Source: a virus
Lineage: Duplodnaviria; Caudoviricetes
DNA length: 58,438 nucleotides
Direction: 5' to 3' (one strand)
IMG/VR virus record: IMGVR_UViG_3300037311_000064
Location: 1-58,438 of that record
The stretch's first letter is position 1, and the number at the start of each line of letters is the position of its first letter. Below, one piece after another: positions 55,185 through 58,438 of this stretch. The notes under the pieces were generated by a model. It saw only the letters and a list, made by a program, of their open reading frames with translations, made no database searches and was not told the origin of the DNA. Position numbers and translations under genes: made by a program.

Positions 55185-55193
55185 TTTGATACG

Positions 55194-55226
55194 GCGCTCG
55201 TCTCAAAATGAGATGGGCGCTTTTTT
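55194..55226 (+). terminator. Intrinsic terminator built on the palindrome
   Basis: GCGCTCGTCTCA-AAA-TGAGATGGGCGC-TTTTTT. Confidence 0.8.
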
Positions 55227-55248
55227 CTGATTTTTTCGCATTCAGGCC

Positions 55249-55275
55249 TCAAGTTTTAAAACATTCGACCGATAA
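55249..55275 (+). promoter_or_regulatory. sigma28 (FliA)-type promoter 2
   Basis: TCAAGTTTT...ACCGATAA, 15-bp spacing. Confidence 0.8.
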
Positions 55276-55321
55276 GAGATAAGAACACGGTCAAGACGAC
55301 CGAAAACAAAGGAGTATCAAA

Positions 55322-56065
55322 ATGAGATTATTAACTGAAGCTCACGCGAACGCAAAAACGGCTAAAAATGAGACGATGGGTGATTTTCTGTCTTATATTC
55401 TACACTTAGCGCCTTATAAGCTTAGCGGCGTCAATGTCTGTCCCATGGCCTCAAGGGGATGCGCCGCCGCTTGTTTGAACACGGCGGGACGCGGTCGATT
55501 CGACTCAATCCAAGAGGCCCGTCTCAAAAAGACACGCCGTTTTATTGACTCACGGTCTGAATTCATGGCCGATCTAGTCAAGGACTTGACCGCCGTTGAA
55601 CGCAAGGCCTTGAAACTAGGCAAGACCGCCGTCGTTCGACTCAATGGGACTTCAGACATTGACTGGACAGTGATCAAGACAGACGACGGTCGGACAGTGT
55701 TCGAGCGTTTCAGCTCGATACAGTTTTATGATTATACCAAAGTGATACGCCGTCTCGAAAAGATGCGTCTCAATCCGATACCCAATTATCACTTGACATT
55801 TTCTCGAAGTGAGTCAAACCACGACGAGTGTCTCAAAGCGATACAGTTGGGGTTCAATGTTGCCGCCGTGTTTCAAACTGAGAATTTTCCCGAGTCGTTT
55901 CAAGGTCGTCCCATCATTGACGGTGATTCTCACGACTTGCGTTTCTTAGACATGCGTCCAGCGGACGGTCTAGGCGCATTCGTGGGACTCAAGGCCAAGG
56001 GACAAGCGAAAAAAGACACAAGCGGCTTTGTGATTCAAATTGAGACAGTTGCAAAGGCAGCCTAA
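55322..56065 (+). CDS. Phage Gp88-like protein (Cys cluster, radical-SAM-like)
   Basis: NVCPMASRGCAAACLNTAGRG, VRLNGTSDIDW, QFYDYTK, NYHLTFS.SE, DGDSHDLRFLD, VGLKAKG.A.KD.SGFV. Confidence 0.8.
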   Translation: MRLLTEAHANAKTAKNETMGDFLSYILHLAPYKLSGVNVCPMASRGCAAACLNTAGRGRFDSIQEARLKKTRRFIDSRSEFMADLVKDLTAVERKALKLGKTAVVRLNGTSDIDWTVIKTDDGRTVFERFSSIQFYDYTKVIRRLEKMRLNPIPNYHLTFSRSESNHDECLKAIQLGFNVAAVFQTENFPESFQGRPIIDGDSHDLRFLDMRPADGLGAFVGLKAKGQAKKDTSGFVIQIETVAKAA

Positions 56066-56100
56066 GCGTCTCAATATGAAACATTCTAATCAAGTGCTCC

Positions 56101-56126
56101 GCCGTCTCAGGATGAGACGGTTTTTT
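56101..56126 (+). terminator. Intrinsic terminator built on the palindrome
   Basis: GCCGTCTCA-GGA-TGAGACGGT-TTTTT. Confidence 0.8.
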
Positions 56127-56131
56127 CTTTT

Positions 56132-56474
56132 GAGTCCAGCGGTCCAGACTAGAGTCGAACGGTCTAGGCCTGTCAATGCTGGACCGTCCAGCGTTCAAGG
56201 TCTAGAGTCCGGTCCTGTCAAGGCGCGGCGTCCAGCGGTCGAGTCAAGGCCATGCGACGCGTTCAAAGGTCCAGCGGCGTCAATTCAAGGCGCGTCAAGG
56301 CATTCAGTCCAGCGGTCTAGAGTCGAGTCCAAAGGTCGAAACGCCGCGTCAAGGCCATGCATTGACGGTCAAGGTCTAGAGTCTAGGCCTGTCAATCGGA
56401 TGCCTTGCAAGGCCTGTCAATGCGTCGAGTCCGGTCCAGCGTCCAGTCAATCCGACCGATTGAATGCGTCGAAC
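56132..56474 (+). repeat. Non-coding array of strand-biased GTCNA(G) words
   Basis: About 30 GTCCA/GTCAA/GTCGA/GTCTA in ~340 bp, almost none on the opposite strand. Confidence 0.85.
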
Positions 56475-56630
56475 TATTTGACATGTCGAGAAGATCGACA
56501 AAACAGCGTTTTTCAGAGTCGAATCAATGGCTTGACTCACTTGACAGCGCTGAAGCGACTAGAAGTTCGACAGAGTCTCAATATGGGATCTGAATGTTTT
56601 CAATGGCTTAGTCGTGGCATGCATCATGCA
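56467..56630 (+). promoter_or_regulatory. sigma54 promoter module 2 (UAS, IHF boxes, -24/-12)
   Basis: TGG-CATGCATCAT-GCA (GG 56616-17, GC 56628-29); IHF-like TTTCAATGGCTTA 56598-56610 and consensus AATCAATGGCTTG 56522-56534; dyads at 56467, 56484, 56557. Confidence 0.78.
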
Positions 56631-56665
56631 TTAATAATTAATGAGAACGAAACGAGGGTATCAAT

Positions 56666-56953
56666 ATGAAACGCAGTTTCAAATTGGTACGACTTCAGGA
56701 CTTGACCGGCACTAGTGGGACCGGAGTCGTGGCTCAAGGTGAGACACAACCTGATGGGCGTACCATTATGAGATGGATTGTCCAAGCAAACTTGGCCGAT
56801 GGATCAAAACGAGAAATCAAAACCACGACTCATTATGAGACATGGCAAGATGTCGTTTTGCTACACGGTCACGGTGGGCGTACCATTTTGAGATGGGACG
56901 ACACAGGTGAGAGTGTCTCAGATTGGGACTTGCTTGGAGTCAAGGCAGCATAA
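56666..56953 (+). CDS. Hypothetical early protein
   Basis: F.LVR.QD.TG.SGTGVVA.G...DG....RW...HGHGG.T...W pattern of a recurrent phage family. Confidence 0.75.
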   Translation: MKRSFKLVRLQDLTGTSGTGVVAQGETQPDGRTIMRWIVQANLADGSKREIKTTTHYETWQDVVLLHGHGGRTILRWDDTGESVSDWDLLGVKAA

Positions 56954-56967
56954 AGGAGTGTATCAAA

Positions 56968-57030
56968 ATGGAACTATTGAGTTTGGCATTGTCTTTGCTT
57001 GTGTTCCTATATGGGACATGCTACGAGTGA
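56968..57030 (+). CDS. Candidate 20-aa hydrophobic peptide
   Basis: AAAGGAG RBS and palindrome at start like neighbours; MELLSLALSLLVFLYGTCYE. Confidence 0.4.
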   Translation: MELLSLALSLLVFLYGTCYE

Positions 57031-57061
57031 TGTATTAAAATGAGAAAGTTGACTGATTGAC

Positions 57062-57089
57062 TCAAGTTTTTCAGTCAATCGACCGATAA
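57062..57089 (+). promoter_or_regulatory. sigma28 (FliA)-type promoter 3
   Basis: TCAAGTTTT...ACCGATAA, 16-bp spacing. Confidence 0.78.
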
Positions 57090-57146
57090 GAAGTAAAACA
57101 AACCCCTAGTCTCGGAATGAGACAGGGCAAACAAAGGAGTATCAAA

Positions 57147-57638
57147 ATGGGATATACACATTATTGGACATTCAAGAAAGCGCCTCGTGGTGAGGCGGTT
57201 CAAACTGAGAAAGCGTATCAAAAAGCGATCATCGAGTGTACCAAGGTGATACAGTACTACTCCCAAGAGTTCGGCGGTCTGTCTGGTTTTTCAGCGCATG
57301 CGCCGCTTGGTCTGTATCGTGGACTTGAGGTCAATGGTTCATCCCGAGTCGGTCAATGTGAGTCGTTCTCACTTCGAGAACGCTACTCCCTGAATAAGAT
57401 TCCAGACTTTTGTAAGACCAACGCGTATCCTTATGATACAGTCGTCGTCGCTTGTCTTATCATCTTGAAACGCCGCCTAGGCGATCTCATTGAGGTACAC
57501 TCCGACGGTCGTCGAGACGACTGGAACGATGGTCTAGTTCTTGCACAGAAAGTTCTCGGATTGAAACGCTTGGGTATCCCCGAGTCAATCCGTCCCAATG
57601 TTAAGACCCCCGAACTGTCTCAGGATGAGGCAGTCTAA
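57147..57638 (+). CDS. Hypothetical early protein (MGYTHYW family)
   Basis: MGYTHYW...E.F...FCKT...PYD.VV.ACL....SDG...DW; ATG 57147 behind AAAGGAG. Confidence 0.75.
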   Translation: MGYTHYWTFKKAPRGEAVQTEKAYQKAIIECTKVIQYYSQEFGGLSGFSAHAPLGLYRGLEVNGSSRVGQCESFSLRERYSLNKIPDFCKTNAYPYDTVVVACLIILKRRLGDLIEVHSDGRRDDWNDGLVLAQKVLGLKRLGIPESIRPNVKTPELSQDEAV

Positions 57639-57648
57639 CTCCTTGTTT

Positions 57649-57684
57649 CCCCTGCCGTCTCGTAGTGAGACGGTGGGGGTTTTT
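57649..57684 (+). terminator. Intrinsic terminator built on the palindrome
   Basis: CCCCTGCCGTCTCG-TAG-TGAGACGGTGGGGG-TTTTT. Confidence 0.75.
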
Positions 57685-57715
57685 AACCTACTACCTACCA
57701 AAGGAGCGCCCCAAA

Positions 57716-58153
57716 ATGAAACAGTATACCCTCTCCGAATCTCAAGTTGAGACCCTACTTCGAGCGCTGTCCAACGAGTCGAGCGTCGATCAAGAACTAG
57801 AGTCAAGGCGCGTCTTGACACCCGAAGACATCCGAAGTCGGGCCAAGGCAAGAGTCGAGATCAAGCGTCTACTCCGTGGACAGTTGACGCCGGTCGTACT
57901 CCCCGAAGTGAAACGCGCTATTGATAAGGCCTTGACAGTGTTCGACGAGTCCCTAGTCAATGGTCTAGGCAATGGTCAAGACGATGCATTGACAGCGATG
58001 GACTCCGAACTAGTCCAGCGTCCCATGCGCGAAGCAAGGGCCAAGCTGTATAGCGCGGCGTCGGAGTTTTGTTTGCAAATAGGCCTCAAGTTTTCGAGTG
58101 ATTCTGCCGATAAGAGTGAAACAAACCAGGAGGATCAAAATGAAACAGTCTAA
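57716..58153 (+). CDS. Hypothetical early protein
   Basis: ATG 57716 behind AAAGGAG. Confidence 0.6.
   Translation: MKQYTLSESQVETLLRALSNESSVDQELESRRVLTPEDIRSRAKARVEIKRLLRGQLTPVVLPEVKRAIDKALTVFDESLVNGLGNGQDDALTAMDSELVQRPMREARAKLYSAASEFCLQIGLKFSSDSADKSETNQEDQNETV
58086..58113 (+). promoter_or_regulatory. sigma28 (FliA)-type promoter 4 (inside preceding ORF)
   Basis: TCAAGTTTT...GCCGATAA (consensus -10), 16-bp spacing. Confidence 0.8.
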
Positions 58154-58355
58154 TGTGATCAAGCTTGTGCCTCGAAATGAGAATTTTAACGAGGACCTAG
58201 TGATGGTCCAGAACTTGCAACAAATGATCGATGCTCTCGTTTTGAAACACGGTGCGCATTTAGTCCTTGCAAACTTGCCGAGCATGGTGCAAGATGCACA
58301 GACCAAGGCCCGAGCATCGAGACAAGAAGTCAAGCAAAGAAAGGTAGGCTCATAA
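58140..58355 (+). CDS. Hypothetical early protein
   Basis: ATG 58140 behind AGGAGG. Confidence 0.6.
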   Translation: MKQSNVIKLVPRNENFNEDLVMVQNLQQMIDALVLKHGAHLVLANLPSMVQDAQTKARASRQEVKQRKVGS

Positions 58356-58438
58356 TGGGACAGTCAAAGGTTTTTATTGCAAGGCATCAACTAGGTGCCC
58401 GACAGTGGTTCACCGTCTACATTGACGGTCTTGAGTGT
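58355..58438 (+). CDS. Hypothetical protein, truncated by window end
   Basis: TAATG coupling; MGQSKVFIARHQLGARQWFTVYIDGLEC... Confidence 0.45.
   Translation, partial: MGQSKVFIARHQLGARQWFTVYIDGLEC

Larger units (their letters stand above)
53559..58361. repeat. Dispersed array of 15-bp palindrome GTMTCA-N3-TGAKAC
   Basis: Perfect copies at 53603, 54902, 55145, 56104; about 30 within one mismatch and over 50 within two (by eye). Confidence 0.92.

Noticed and set aside
53950-55421. Recurring CTTATAAG palindrome (about 53951, 54109, 54217, 55413)
   Set aside because: Only a few copies, two of which encode the same SYKA peptide; cannot be separated from chance or local duplication without a count
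56040-56669. 209-aa plus-strand ORF in the track
   Set aside because: Crosses a terminator, the GTCNA array and a sigma54 promoter; low-complexity R/S/P/V composition follows from the DNA words; no RBS
53559-58361. Palindrome array as a CRISPR array, REP/MITE family or IS ends
   Set aside because: Units are only 15 bp, degenerate, irregularly spaced and lie in-frame inside intact genes; no cas or transposase gene and no target duplications

Overview
Part of a large lytic-type myophage genome (contractile tail; SPO1/Twort-like major capsid protein) with three blocks. (1) 1-36564, minus strand: a virion morphogenesis operon running from a small HTH gene through prohead protease, scaffold, capsid, fibre-like proteins, lysis genes, putative internal head proteins, neck, sheath, tube, chaperones, tape measure and baseplate. 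No portal or terminase is visible. (2) 36928-53194, almost all plus strand: middle or accessory genes with sigma70-like promoters, including a ~218-nt structured ncRNA, an IlvE-like aminotransferase, ThyX, a tyrosine recombinase, a DEDDh exonuclease, peptide deformylase, a UDG-family protein, a SET-domain methyltransferase, an AAA ATPase, a phosphoesterase and HNH nucleases. (3) ~53550-58438: a compositionally distinct early-looking region, which is the most striking part. It is carpeted, including inside coding sequence, with a 15-bp palindrome GTMTCA-N3-TGAKAC (about 30 copies within one mismatch and over 50 within two, counted by eye). This motif also straddles nearly every start codon and forms the stems of three terminators. 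A second, strand-biased GTCNA motif forms a ~340-bp array. The genes here sit behind four sigma28 (FliA)-type promoters and two complete sigma54 promoters (UAS, IHF box, -24/-12) with identical internal spacing. This suggests a phage that plugs its first-expressed genes into a host motility or attack-phase regulon; a Bdellovibrio-like host is one inference. A separate ~84-nt small RNA with anti-Shine-Dalgarno tracts lies at 32341-32424. All calls come from reading the sequence and motif recognition only; no searches were run.
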